From the NCBI RefSeq assembly GCF_008000775.2, contig NZ_CP042905.2, positions 1,200,001 through 1,232,000 on the forward strand: DNA of 32,000 bases, written 5' to 3'. A program made the translations under genes and the position numbers. The stretch comes from Promethearchaeum syntrophicum. GTDB taxonomy: Archaea; Asgardarchaeota; Lokiarchaeia; Sigyniarchaeales; Promethearchaeaceae. Position 1 is the first letter of the stretch. Every line of letters starts with the position of its first letter. Below are positions 19,497 through 29,011 of this stretch, piece by piece. The notes under the pieces are model-generated. The model did no database searches and had not been told where the DNA came from. It was given only the letters and a program-made list of their open reading frames with translations.

Positions 19497-20186
19497 TTAC
19501 AAATATCTTGTATACATAACGATCCATATTATTGAATTGAATGTTCCATGAGCTACAATAGATACAATTAAATCTCCTTTTTGAAACATCGTAATCAAGG
19601 AAAGTAGGACTCCAAAAGCAAAATAATATAACCAGAATGTTAGAAAAGTTGCCCATGGAACTATACCTGGAAACACATGAAACAACATAAATAGGGTACT
19701 GCTCAATACAACACCAAAAATCTTATTTTTATGATTGAATTCTTTTAGCAAAACACCCCGAAAACAAAATTCTTCAGCAAATGCGACACTAGTAAAGATA
19801 ACAATAACTCCAACAATAATTAACGTCCAAATTATAAGAGGATCTGGCGGAGGCGGAGGGGGAGTAGTATTAACTGAACCTTCAGATGCTATATTGTAAA
19901 ACTCTTCGCCCATTATCTTAATGATTACATTTTTAATTGTAACTGCAAGCAGTCCACCAAAATAGTAGAAAAAGACTCCTATGAAGATCCCCATTATAAT
20001 ATCTGCCAGCCTAAACCAAAAATTTCGATCCAACATTTCGTTAGGGATTATTCGGTGGCGGAATTCGTATTTTAGGTCTTTCTTTTGCAATTTAAAAACA
20101 ATCATTGGAATGATAATGAAAATCAATTCTGCAGCAGAAAACAGAAAAAATACCCCAGCTGAAGTTGCTACATCAAGTAAAAGCAC
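19497..20186 (-). CDS. CPBP-family (CAAX protease and bacteriocin-processing) intramembrane metalloprotease
   Basis: Motifs EEFCFRGVLLKEF (EExxxR), LFHVFPG (FxxxH-like) and AHGTFNSIIW (HxxxN); multiple TM segments. Confidence 0.88.
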   Translation of the reverse strand: MLLLDVATSAGVFFLFSAAELIFIIIPMIVFKLQKKDLKYEFRHRIIPNEMLDRNFWFRLADIIMGIFIGVFFYYFGGLLAVTIKNVIIKIMGEEFYNIASEGSVNTTPPPPPPDPLIIWTLIIVGVIVIFTSVAFAEEFCFRGVLLKEFNHKNKIFGVVLSSTLFMLFHVFPGIVPWATFLTFWLYYFAFGVLLSLITMFQKGDLIVSIVAHGTFNSIIWIVMYTRYL

Positions 20187-20264
20187 AAGGTGAAATAGAA
20201 TTTTAATCGTTTAAATGTTGGTCTTAAAAAAAAGGATAAAAAAAAGAATTTAAAAAGATGATTA

Positions 20265-20855
20265 TTATGCTGAAATCTCTTTAACATTAAGGAAATAGGG
20301 ATTTGAAGCCAAAAAATATCCATTTGTCAATTTATTTAGACCATTTGCATTACCATTTGAGTTCCACCACACATTGATTGAGTAGGATCCTGCTTCTAAA
20401 GTGGAAGTTTTTGCTTCTAGATATACAGAATATGGGTAAAATTCTGCAAAAATAAAACTAGAATTGTCGATACCTCTCTGATGGAAGATAACAATTGTTT
20501 GATTTACAACACCCTCGATTTCTAATGTAATATTAAATGAAAATGCATTTCCATGCATTAAATCAGGGTGGATATACAAAAACATTGAAGCACTAAACGT
20601 TACTTCAAGCGAAGAATTACCATTAGTAGTTATTATTGTTTCCATAGAAGGTATGATCGTCTCATTTAAATCGCTATCGGATTTTTCGATATATGTTGAA
20701 TTTTCAAGGGTCGTACTTTGAAGAATAAGACCAGAAGGAATTTCTTCGGAGTCTGCTGGTTTTGGGACTAAATATGGTACCATGAAATATGAAATTGCCG
20801 TCATGATAATCAGACTGATCCCAATGCTCAATACAACTTGACCTTTATTTCCCAT
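20265..20855 (-). CDS. uncharacterised membrane-anchored protein with predicted extracytoplasmic beta-rich domain
   Basis: N-terminal TM VVLSIGISLIIMTAISYFMVPYLV, then a Ser/Thr/Asn-rich ectodomain. Confidence 0.65.
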   Translation of the reverse strand: MGNKGQVVLSIGISLIIMTAISYFMVPYLVPKPADSEEIPSGLILQSTTLENSTYIEKSDSDLNETIIPSMETIITTNGNSSLEVTFSASMFLYIHPDLMHGNAFSFNITLEIEGVVNQTIVIFHQRGIDNSSFIFAEFYPYSVYLEAKTSTLEAGSYSINVWWNSNGNANGLNKLTNGYFLASNPYFLNVKEISA

Positions 20856-21035
20856 TATTTTAACCTCTTATATTTTCTGATTAAAAAATTAAAAAGAATA
20901 ATAAATCTTTAAGAAAAATTAATTTATGAATATATAATTCTTTCCATCATTAAAATTCGGTTTAAATCATTTTGATGGAGATTTATAATAATTAGATAAA
21001 TGAAAATTTAAAAAATGTAAAAAATTAGTTTGGAA

Positions 21036-22025
21036 TTAATTTTTTATTTCGTATTGTGGATTAATCCTAGATAATATTACGTTTTTGGATTGAAATCCTT
21101 TAGGACCTTTCTCCTCGATCAAAAAAGAAGAACCGGCGCTAGCGATTTTAATAATTTCTGAGATTTTATTAAAAGTTCTTTCTTTAGGAGACAAATCTAT
21201 TAATCCTAAAAGGAGAATAGCCATGAAGCAATCTCCAGCTCCAGTTTCATCTTCACATTTTTTTGGATTGTATGCATTAAAATGCAAGATGGGATGTCCT
21301 GGAGCTTTAAAGTAAAGCCCTTTATCACCCAAAGTTGTAAAAATATAAGCTCCCGTTTCCCCTAAAAGTTCAGTCGCTTGTTTAAGTTCATTATGAGCAA
21401 GTTCTGTAACAGCCAAAGCTTCTTTATCGCTAGCTTTAAAAAACATTCTGGATCCGAATTTTTGAAGCATTTTAAAAATTAAGGGTCTAATCATGCTATT
21501 TTTTTTCAGTATTAAATTTCCTTCTTTATCAAAATCGCGAATTAATCCTTGTACATCAATTCCAATTATAGAATTATTGGTTATGTTATGATCAGCTAAT
21601 TTACTTAGAAATTCTGATGGAAATTCGTCAGCAATTGGAGTAAGATGGATGGCTTTTGCTGGGAGAAAATCAGGTGAAAATTCGATATCTTTAATCTCAA
21701 AATTCCTTGCTTTGGATATTAATCGTAGGTTTCTACCATTCTCATGATAATCAATTAAGTATTTTGTGGTTTCTTTTCCTTCTTTGATTATTCCTTTAAG
21801 ATCTATCTTCGTATCCTTAAATATCGAGAGATGTCCATCATCAAAATCCTTTCCTACGATTGATATAATCCCAATATTAGCTTTAGGATTATAATGATAC
21901 GAGGAAAGGCTTCCATAAGTAACTCCTCCCCCAAGTGATTGAGAATTTGTGTTACGGGATCTAACGATAATATTATCCAAAGCAAAATGCCCGATAAATA
22001 CAATATCTTTTTTCCAATCGTTCAA
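21036..22025 (-). CDS. PfkB-family carbohydrate/nucleoside kinase
   Basis: GGGVTYGSLSSYHY near the N-terminus, TLGDKGLYF, and the anion-hole/catalytic motif DETGAGDCFMAILLLGLI. Confidence 0.85.
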   Translation of the reverse strand: MNDWKKDIVFIGHFALDNIIVRSRNTNSQSLGGGVTYGSLSSYHYNPKANIGIISIVGKDFDDGHLSIFKDTKIDLKGIIKEGKETTKYLIDYHENGRNLRLISKARNFEIKDIEFSPDFLPAKAIHLTPIADEFPSEFLSKLADHNITNNSIIGIDVQGLIRDFDKEGNLILKKNSMIRPLIFKMLQKFGSRMFFKASDKEALAVTELAHNELKQATELLGETGAYIFTTLGDKGLYFKAPGHPILHFNAYNPKKCEDETGAGDCFMAILLLGLIDLSPKERTFNKISEIIKIASAGSSFLIEEKGPKGFQSKNVILSRINPQYEIKN

Positions 22026-22085
22026 CTTATTTCAGATATGTTTTTTAATATATTTAATTTATTTTCTTTTTGAGGAGAAAGAAAT

Positions 22086-23012
22086 ATGACATTAACGAGA
22101 AAACCGGTTGTTGCGGGGACATTTTATCCCAGATTAGAAAAAGATATTATAAAATTAATTGATGAAAGTTTTTTGGATGAAAATTTTGGAATTGGAAAAG
22201 AATTTACTATTGACAACACAAAAGATGGTAAAAGAAAGGTATTAGGAGGCATTTCTCCACATGCGGGGTATATTTATAGTGCTTCATGTGCAGCGCATAC
22301 AATTCAAGAGATATTTCGAGAGGGTGCACCCGATACTATAATAATTCTTGGCACACAACATACAGGTTATTATAATATTGGAATAATGAAAAATGGGATA
22401 TGGAAAACACCCTTAGGTGAATTGAATATAGATTCGGTAATAAGTTCAGATTTAATTCAAGAATCACCTGAAATTATTGAAGATGATTCTGCATTCAATG
22501 GTTTTCCCCACGGACGTGAGCATAATATCGAAGTTCAACTTCCTTTAATTCAATACGCAGCAAAAAAAGCAAAAAAAGAAATAACTTTTGTTCCCATAAA
22601 AATAGGACAGATGGAGAAGAATGTTTTACAAGATCTAGGAAAAGCGATAGCGAATGTAATAAAAAAATATCAAAATAAAGATATAGCTATTATTGCATCC
22701 TCTGATATGACTCATTATCAACCTAGAAATCCACATAATCCAGAATTTGAAATAAATAATACCCAAAAAATTCGTGATCAAGCAGTAATTGATGCATTTA
22801 AGGAATTTAATTGGGAGAAAACGCTTACCAAAGCAAATGAAACAACTGTATGTGGACCACAAACAATTACAACTTTAATGATTGCTGCAAAAGAGCTTGG
22901 ATATAAATATGCTAAAGACTTAAAATATTTCACAAGTTATGAAAAAATGGGATCTAGAACTCCTTGCGATTATTCAGTAGGGTATTTTAGTGGAATAATT
23001 TTAAATGAATAA
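22086..23012 (+). CDS. MEMO1 family protein (AmmeMemoRadiSam system protein B)
   Basis: RKPVVAGTFYP...GGISPHAGYIYSASCAAH...IILGTQHTGY...GREHNIEVQLPLIQY...IASSDMTHY. Confidence 0.95.
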   Translation: MTLTRKPVVAGTFYPRLEKDIIKLIDESFLDENFGIGKEFTIDNTKDGKRKVLGGISPHAGYIYSASCAAHTIQEIFREGAPDTIIILGTQHTGYYNIGIMKNGIWKTPLGELNIDSVISSDLIQESPEIIEDDSAFNGFPHGREHNIEVQLPLIQYAAKKAKKEITFVPIKIGQMEKNVLQDLGKAIANVIKKYQNKDIAIIASSDMTHYQPRNPHNPEFEINNTQKIRDQAVIDAFKEFNWEKTLTKANETTVCGPQTITTLMIAAKELGYKYAKDLKYFTSYEKMGSRTPCDYSVGYFSGIILNE

Positions 23013-23020
23013 GACTATCT

Positions 23021-23947
23021 TTACGATTTTTCTTTTTTTGTTCTTTTAAGTGAAGTTGGAATTCCTATTTGTGATTTTTGAACCTTTTTTACTACTTTTA
23101 TTTGTGCCTCATCATATTCTTCATTGTATCCCGGTGGATAATTAAAATAATGCAATTTGTTTAATTGCCAATCTCTAATTATTCTTTTGTAAACTTCATT
23201 TTCATTTATTTTACCACCGGCTCTTAGGGGGCCATGTTTTTTACCGATTCTTTCAATTAATTCATCAAGACTATCCGATTCTTCTAAATTCGAATTTTTC
23301 GCATATATGCCTATTTTGTACAATTTTTCAAACATTTTAACAGGGAGTAAATCATAGAGAGCTTCTACAACTGCCAAGGGATCTTTAACTTTATCTGCAA
23401 CCATGCATGCTTTTAAAGCGATAGCAGTTTCGTCTGTTTCATCTATTGGAATAACGCCCGGCGTGTCGATGAGATAGAGATTGTTTGTTAATTTAATTCT
23501 TTTAATTGCTCGTGTAAAACCCGCACTTGAAGAAATTCCTACTTTTTTTTTATTTTTAGTTAAAGCTTGGATTAATGAAGATTTTCCAGTATTAGGATAT
23601 CCAACAATTAATATATTTTCATTGCCACTTTTACCCAAGTCTCGTAATCTATGAAAGAGAAACATTGTTCCGCTATGAAATTTCGCACAGGTCGAGAAAA
23701 TTTCATAATTTTGTTGTTTAAAATAATTCACCCATGCATTAAATATCTCTTTCGGGACCAAATCCTTTTTATTTAGAACAAGGATTAATTTCATTTGGGG
23801 TTTATTTTGCTGCATAAATTTTTCTATAGCATGGTTATGAGTACCTAGGGGATTACGCGCATCAAGAATTTCCAAAACAACATCAGTATCTTTAAGAACT
23901 GCTTTAAATACATCCTGCCAATGTTGTTCTGTTTTCATTTTAAGCAC
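23021..23947 (-). CDS. circularly permuted GTPase of the YlqF/NOG2/YawG type
   Basis: Permuted G-motif order: DARNPLGT, G4 LNKKDLVP, G1 GYPNTGKSSLIQ, G3 DTPGV. Confidence 0.9.
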   Translation of the reverse strand: MLKMKTEQHWQDVFKAVLKDTDVVLEILDARNPLGTHNHAIEKFMQQNKPQMKLILVLNKKDLVPKEIFNAWVNYFKQQNYEIFSTCAKFHSGTMFLFHRLRDLGKSGNENILIVGYPNTGKSSLIQALTKNKKKVGISSSAGFTRAIKRIKLTNNLYLIDTPGVIPIDETDETAIALKACMVADKVKDPLAVVEALYDLLPVKMFEKLYKIGIYAKNSNLEESDSLDELIERIGKKHGPLRAGGKINENEVYKRIIRDWQLNKLHYFNYPPGYNEEYDEAQIKVVKKVQKSQIGIPTSLKRTKKEKS

Positions 23948-23960
23948 TTTTTTAATAAAA

Positions 23961-24596
23961 TTAATGATTTATTAACGGAATCCTTGATTTCTTCCCCATT
24001 TTACGATTTTTCAATCCGATGTATTCTGATAAATGGAAACCAAAAAAGAAAACATATCCGAAAATAAAATACCAGTAATTAATAACAAATACAAAAACCG
24101 CAATAAACATTGATATTCCTATTAAAATTTCAAGAATTATCATTAATTTCGATGAATAATACCTTTGAACAAAAAAAAATTGTCGATTGTTTTTATCTTC
24201 TAATACATGTGATAAATCAATTCGTTCTTCAGGGGTTAATAATAGGCGTAATCCGAATATTTTATTATTATAGAAAAAATTTGTTCCCCAATCAATCAAA
24301 TCGATCAAAATATGACAGAAATATGCGATTCCGCCCATTAATACCCAAATTTCATTTAAAATTATCCCAATTATTATTATAATTAGTGATGGATAAATTG
24401 AGTGTGAGATTAACATCCGATGGTTATGATCTTTAGCATATTTTTTAAAAATAATATCGAAATCTAATATAAAACCACATAAAACTATAAAGGAGAAAGT
24501 AAATATGTTCAACTGAATGAAGTAATGTGTTACGGAAGCAATGATTAATCCGATCCCGAAATGAACATTAATATGCATAAGAAAAAATGTGCGCAT
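23961..24596 (-). CDS. membrane-bound metal-dependent hydrolase-like protein (YdjM/DUF457-type)
   Basis: HINVHFGIGLI...GFILDFDIIFKKYAKDHNHRMLISHSIYP...HILIDLIDWGTNFF. The track ORF extends to 24740 across the divergent neighbour's start; an in-frame ATG at 24596 (or 24578) is likelier. Confidence 0.7.
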   Translation of the reverse strand: MRTFFLMHINVHFGIGLIIASVTHYFIQLNIFTFSFIVLCGFILDFDIIFKKYAKDHNHRMLISHSIYPSLIIIIIGIILNEIWVLMGGIAYFCHILIDLIDWGTNFFYNNKIFGLRLLLTPEERIDLSHVLEDKNNRQFFFVQRYYSSKLMIILEILIGISMFIAVFVFVINYWYFIFGYVFFFGFHLSEYIGLKNRKMGKKSRIPLINH

Positions 24597-24630
24597 TCTT
24601 TTAATTAATTTACTAAGGTGCAAGTAAATA

Positions 24631-25797
24631 ATGGATTTTGAACAATTTTTAGAAAAAAATGTAGAAATAAGTAATGCTCGAATAAAAAAGCTCCATGGAT
24701 TTGCTAAAAAAATCTGGAATAGGCAGAAAATAACTCCCATTGATCTCCATTACAAATGTTTAGATACTTGGGATAAGTTAAGCAAAGATCTTGATTGTAA
24801 AATACTTCCCTTAGTTAAGGTTAATGAAGATCGTCCGATTACAAATTTAATTTTTGGTTCTGGAAGTTTTACAACTGGAAAATTTCAAGCGGAACAATAT
24901 AATGTGGTTAAATCGTATTGCTCCGAACCACCGATAATTCTGCAGGGAATTGTTTCAAATAAATCAAAGATGCATGATAGTAATGCTTCAGATATTAGCA
25001 ATCAATTTTCAGTACCCTTAGTAGAACTTGATTTTATTGACTGGTATCATGAAAATATTGATAAAAATGAACAAAATCCAATCAGAGCAACGAAATATTT
25101 ATTTGGTGATAATGAAGAGAAACCTTCTTTACCCGATATTGCTCGAAAATTCTCAATCAGGCAAGATAGATATCATAAGATATTAGGTGAAGAAATCGCG
25201 CATACTATAAAAAATCAAACTGATATTGTTAGTGCACGTGGATATAATTTTCAATTTTGTGGTTCAATGTTTGCACATCAACCAAATCATCAACCTCATA
25301 TCAATGATACTCATCCTGCGGATTTAAGTTATATAGATTCTAAATCAAAGAAGAAACTTTATGCAGGCTGGCAATCGGGCGCAGTTGAATTAATGATGAA
25401 AGATAAAATTCATGAAACTTATCGAGGAAGCTTTATTGAAGTGGAATATATGAACAATTTTAATCAGATCAACACACTTGATGAGGGAGTGTTAATGGGG
25501 ATAGGAAAAGGAGTAACTCCTGAGTCAGACATGAATTTAACCCCGACTCAAATCCAATCTATTATGAAAATTATGGATGATTATTTCTTCTGCACATTAG
25601 AGCCTACTGGACTAATATTATTATGGGGAGTAACGGATAGACCTATTCCCGTAATCTATAAATCAAAAGAAGGCAAAATCGTAATTGTAAAGCAGAGAGC
25701 AGTTTTCGTTGGAAACAAATTCCATAGTGGTTTAAATGCATGGGGATCCAACTTAGATGAGGATATGAAAGAGCTCCAAGATTTTATATTTCCATAA
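24631..25797 (+). CDS. formyltransferase-fold protein (distant PurN/Fmt-like), specificity unknown
   Basis: FGSGSFTTGKFQ...IILQGIVSNKS...VPLVELDFIDWYHE...INDTHPADLS...AGWQSGAVELMMKDKIHETYRGSFIEVE...TLDEGVLM follows the formyltransferase layout. The ATG is preceded by AAGGTG. Confidence 0.5.
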   Translation: MDFEQFLEKNVEISNARIKKLHGFAKKIWNRQKITPIDLHYKCLDTWDKLSKDLDCKILPLVKVNEDRPITNLIFGSGSFTTGKFQAEQYNVVKSYCSEPPIILQGIVSNKSKMHDSNASDISNQFSVPLVELDFIDWYHENIDKNEQNPIRATKYLFGDNEEKPSLPDIARKFSIRQDRYHKILGEEIAHTIKNQTDIVSARGYNFQFCGSMFAHQPNHQPHINDTHPADLSYIDSKSKKKLYAGWQSGAVELMMKDKIHETYRGSFIEVEYMNNFNQINTLDEGVLMGIGKGVTPESDMNLTPTQIQSIMKIMDDYFFCTLEPTGLILLWGVTDRPIPVIYKSKEGKIVIVKQRAVFVGNKFHSGLNAWGSNLDEDMKELQDFIFP

Positions 25798-25804
25798 TAA
25801 TACA

Positions 25805-26944
25805 GTGATAATAATGAGAGGAGTAAATCCAAAATGGATTATAATCAGTGGAATATTTCTAGTTGGTTTATCGATTAGTAGTTTCTTAATTTTTACAAAT
25901 GGAACTCACATCGTTCAAATTGGAGGGTATTTTGATGGAACTGGTGATGATACTCAAGATGGTATAGCTACAGATATTTTTATAAAAAATGATATTGCAT
26001 TTCTAGTGGATGGTTCCGATGGATTAGAAATATTAGATATATCGGATCCTTTAAATATTCAGGAATTGGGGCAAATTGATAATGATGCTGGAAGTCTATA
26101 TGCGAGAAAAGTATTTGTAAGTGAAGATGTTGCTTATTTAGCCGTAAAAGACAATGGACTTAAATTAGTTGATATTTCAGATCCAAGGAACCCTACCAAA
26201 ATAGGGTTTTATTGGAATAATTGCTCAATTTTAGATGTAATTATATCAGAAGATGTTGCCTATATTGCTGCTGGAGAAAATGGGGTAGAAATCCTCAATA
26301 TATCAAATCCAAGTAATATTGTGCAAATCTCAAACTATACAGATAATTACAATATTACATGGGGATTAGATTTTAATGAACAAGAAAATCTCCTCTATGT
26401 GGCAGATCGTAGTGATGGTCTTGAAATTTTGGATGTTAGTAATTTAAACTCTCCTGTTGAGTTAGGTCAACTTAAATTGGAAAGAGCAATTGAAATTGAA
26501 GTTATTGGAAATTACGCATTTATTACTCTTTACGATAACGGCTTATCTATTATAGATGTTAGCGATCCTTCAGATCCATTAGAAATCTCAAATTTTGAAT
26601 ATGGAGTTATAAAGGATGTTGCTGTCAATGGGACTTCTTGTTATTTGGTTACAGATCGTGGATTAGTAATGCTCGATGTTTCAGATCCCGTTAATCCAGT
26701 GATTGCCAATATTTATGCTAATCAATATAGTGCTAATGGAGTTTTAATAATTGAAGATTTGATTTTTTATGCAAATGGTTATTCAGGATTAGAAATTTTA
26801 CAGATTAAGCCTACTCATTTGAACTATTATCTTGGAGGTTTTTTTTTAGTTCCTGGATTAATTATGGTGTATTTTGGATTAAAATTATCAGGAAAAATTA
26901 ATGAAGAACAAGAGAGGATGGAAAAATTCGTTAGAAATTACTAA
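25805..26944 (+). CDS. LVIVD-repeat beta-propeller protein with N- and C-terminal hydrophobic segments
   Basis: Recurring 'LEILDISDPLNIQELG', 'LKLVDISDPRNPTKIG', 'VEILNISNPSNIVQIS', 'LSIIDVSDPSDPLEIS', 'LVMLDVSDPVNPVIAN'; C-terminal GGFFLVPGLIMVYFGLKL. Confidence 0.85.
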   Translation: MIIMRGVNPKWIIISGIFLVGLSISSFLIFTNGTHIVQIGGYFDGTGDDTQDGIATDIFIKNDIAFLVDGSDGLEILDISDPLNIQELGQIDNDAGSLYARKVFVSEDVAYLAVKDNGLKLVDISDPRNPTKIGFYWNNCSILDVIISEDVAYIAAGENGVEILNISNPSNIVQISNYTDNYNITWGLDFNEQENLLYVADRSDGLEILDVSNLNSPVELGQLKLERAIEIEVIGNYAFITLYDNGLSIIDVSDPSDPLEISNFEYGVIKDVAVNGTSCYLVTDRGLVMLDVSDPVNPVIANIYANQYSANGVLIIEDLIFYANGYSGLEILQIKPTHLNYYLGGFFLVPGLIMVYFGLKLSGKINEEQERMEKFVRNY

Positions 26945-27777
26945 TTTCTGATAACTTTTAATCCGGTAACTTCAACTTTTTCTCCATTCCTTTTTTTTCT
27001 AATTTTGTTTGGAAATGATATATTTACATCTCTATTTAGGAAAGTAGGTTCTTTAGAAGCCTCATCGATCAATAACTGGACCGGACTTGGAGAACCTTTT
27101 TGGAAGTGAATAATTTTACTTTGACCAACAAAATTCCGGTCCATCTGTTTAAAGATCGAATTGCATGAAGCAATTGGGATCCTGTTTTCAAGTGCTCTCG
27201 CTTGAAGATATATATTATAATTATACATTCCTGTTTCTCGAATAAGAGTAGGACTAAAAATTATTTCTGCGCCATTATTCGCCGCAAGACTTGTTAAAGA
27301 AGAAGAAATCGTCAAATCAAAACATATTAAAATTGAAAAGGTAGTATCTAATTTAGTATCTCGAAAAACTTGAAGTTCCTTCCCACTTTCTAAGATTTCT
27401 TTTTCCAATCCATAAAGATGGATTTTATCTTGACGAAACATCTCATTACCTTGAGAATCAAAATAATAAGCAGTTACAAACGGGCGCGTGAATTCTTCAT
27501 GTTTTTCCCAAATTCCTCCCGAAATAATCGGGATGTTATATTCTTTTACCCATTGTTTTACATATTGATATTGAATTCCACGTTCTGATTGAAATATTTG
27601 GTCTGGTTTCAAATTATTAAAATCAAGAAAATACCACCTCTCAGGAAGACAGATTATATCTGGATTTTGTTGGCATGATTTTTCAATCAAGTTCTCTAAA
27701 TGTCTGAAATTTTTATCGTTATCCTTTGAAACTAACGATTGAACTAAAGATATATTGATATTTTTCATCAAATTCAC
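26941..27777 (-). CDS. carbon-nitrogen hydrolase (nitrilase superfamily)
   Basis: Glu region ICLPERW, Lys region QDKIHLYGLEKE, Cys region ILICFDLTISS, then AEIIFSPT and QARALENRIPIASCN. Initiation at GTG 27777 or ATG 27768. Confidence 0.9.
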   Translation of the reverse strand: MNLMKNINISLVQSLVSKDNDKNFRHLENLIEKSCQQNPDIICLPERWYFLDFNNLKPDQIFQSERGIQYQYVKQWVKEYNIPIISGGIWEKHEEFTRPFVTAYYFDSQGNEMFRQDKIHLYGLEKEILESGKELQVFRDTKLDTTFSILICFDLTISSSLTSLAANNGAEIIFSPTLIRETGMYNYNIYLQARALENRIPIASCNSIFKQMDRNFVGQSKIIHFQKGSPSPVQLLIDEASKEPTFLNRDVNISFPNKIRKKRNGEKVEVTGLKVIRN

Positions 27778-27803
27778 GAATTATTTATAAATTTTGTAAT
27801 ATC

Positions 27804-28430
27804 TTAAGGTTTGTACCATTTAAAGGAAAAATAAGATTTAGTTATAGGGTTTGCCATAATAAATTTTTTCTTAACACTTGTTGCTAATCTGGCGCTTCTA
27901 ACTACATCAATAGAACTTATATTTGAATGATTTGCTAGAACTTGGATACAAAATGACGAATGGTCAATACCTGGGCCTTTTCTATAGACTATGAAATCCG
28001 CCCCAAATTTTTGACCTGGTCTTGGAACATATTTTTTATCTCTTAAATCTTCATATATTCGATATTTATCATCAAAGGCGGGGTATTTCTCACAAGCAAA
28101 TTGAAAGAATTCTTCTTCAGACAGTTTTTTTTTGGTTTTTTCCAAAAATATGTCAATCTTTTTATTTTTAAGCAAATATAAAGCTTCAAAAAGTGTTAAT
28201 TCCAGAGGTTTAGTAAAAATATGACCTTTAGGTTTTCTAATTCCGATCGGGATTCCAAAATATCTCCCAAAACCATATAAGATAGACGCGTAATAATGGT
28301 TAAAAACAATTATTTTAGATCCAATTAAAGTAGCATTTATAGGTGTTTTGGGAAATTCACCAGATTCCAGCAATTTTTCTAATTCTTTTTGATCTAAATT
28401 TGGATCTATGAAATTTGATAGAGGAGACAT
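27804..28430 (-). CDS. endA: tRNA-intron (splicing) endonuclease
   Basis: YRIYEDLRDKKYVPRPGQKFGADFIVYRKGPGIDHSSFCIQVLA...DVVRSARLATSVKKKFIMA; conserved Tyr/His/Lys contexts. Confidence 0.92.
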   Translation of the reverse strand: MSPLSNFIDPNLDQKELEKLLESGEFPKTPINATLIGSKIIVFNHYYASILYGFGRYFGIPIGIRKPKGHIFTKPLELTLFEALYLLKNKKIDIFLEKTKKKLSEEEFFQFACEKYPAFDDKYRIYEDLRDKKYVPRPGQKFGADFIVYRKGPGIDHSSFCIQVLANHSNISSIDVVRSARLATSVKKKFIMANPITKSYFSFKWYKP

Positions 28431-28482
28431 CTAAAATATAATAAATTAAATATAGAGAAAAAATTTTTCGATATTATTATTC

Positions 28483-28998
28483 TCAGTTCAATTTAAAACC
28501 GCAATTATGGCATATTTTCGTGGTTCGCGGGTTTGTGAAGGAACATTTCGGGCATTTCATAATAATTGATTGTTCATTTTGATCTTTCGCTTCCCAATTC
28601 AACTTATATGAGCAGTTATAACATATTTTAGTTTTTTTTGTGTTGACAAATCCACAATTAGGGCATTTCTTAATAATAGAAGCAGTATAATGTCCATCCA
28701 ATTTCACTAATCTTTGGATTTTTAAATCCATATCACTAGATTTTTTGGGTTTTTCTGGTTTTTTATTCTTATTTATCCTTTTATTTACTGCTTTTGGATT
28801 AAAGATAAACGGAATCAGAAACAGAGCAATAGATTCACTAATTGTTAATAAATAACGATTTCCAGAGTGATCACCCTCATTTATTGCTTTGATATTTTCA
28901 AAGAGTAGATAAAGAAGTAAAAAAGTAATTAATAATGATAGAATTGGAACAAAAATTTTTCTAATTTTTTGAAATCCTTTATATTTTTCATTTTTCAC
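28483..28998 (-). CDS. small membrane protein with two C-terminal zinc ribbons
   Basis: Two hydrophobic segments (ILSLLITFLLLYLLFENI; YLLTISESIALFLIPFIF), then KCPNCGFVNTKKTKICYNCSYKLNW and KCPKCSFTNPRTTKICHNCGFKLN. Confidence 0.75.
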   Translation of the reverse strand: MKNEKYKGFQKIRKIFVPILSLLITFLLLYLLFENIKAINEGDHSGNRYLLTISESIALFLIPFIFNPKAVNKRINKNKKPEKPKKSSDMDLKIQRLVKLDGHYTASIIKKCPNCGFVNTKKTKICYNCSYKLNWEAKDQNEQSIIMKCPKCSFTNPRTTKICHNCGFKLN

Positions 28999-29011
28999 CT
29001 AAAATCACACA

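Noticed and set aside
24597-24740. N-terminal extension MGVIFCLFQIFLANPWSFF... of the membrane-hydrolase ORF
   Set aside because: It overlaps the start of the divergent formyltransferase-fold gene; internal ATGs at 24596/24578 begin the conserved HINVHFG region.
24631-25797. myo-inositol-1-phosphate synthase as an identity for this gene
   Set aside because: Considered because of length and the Rossmann-like start, but the NDTHPADLS and VSNK segments fit a formyltransferase fold better, and no inositol-phosphate-synthase signature was seen.
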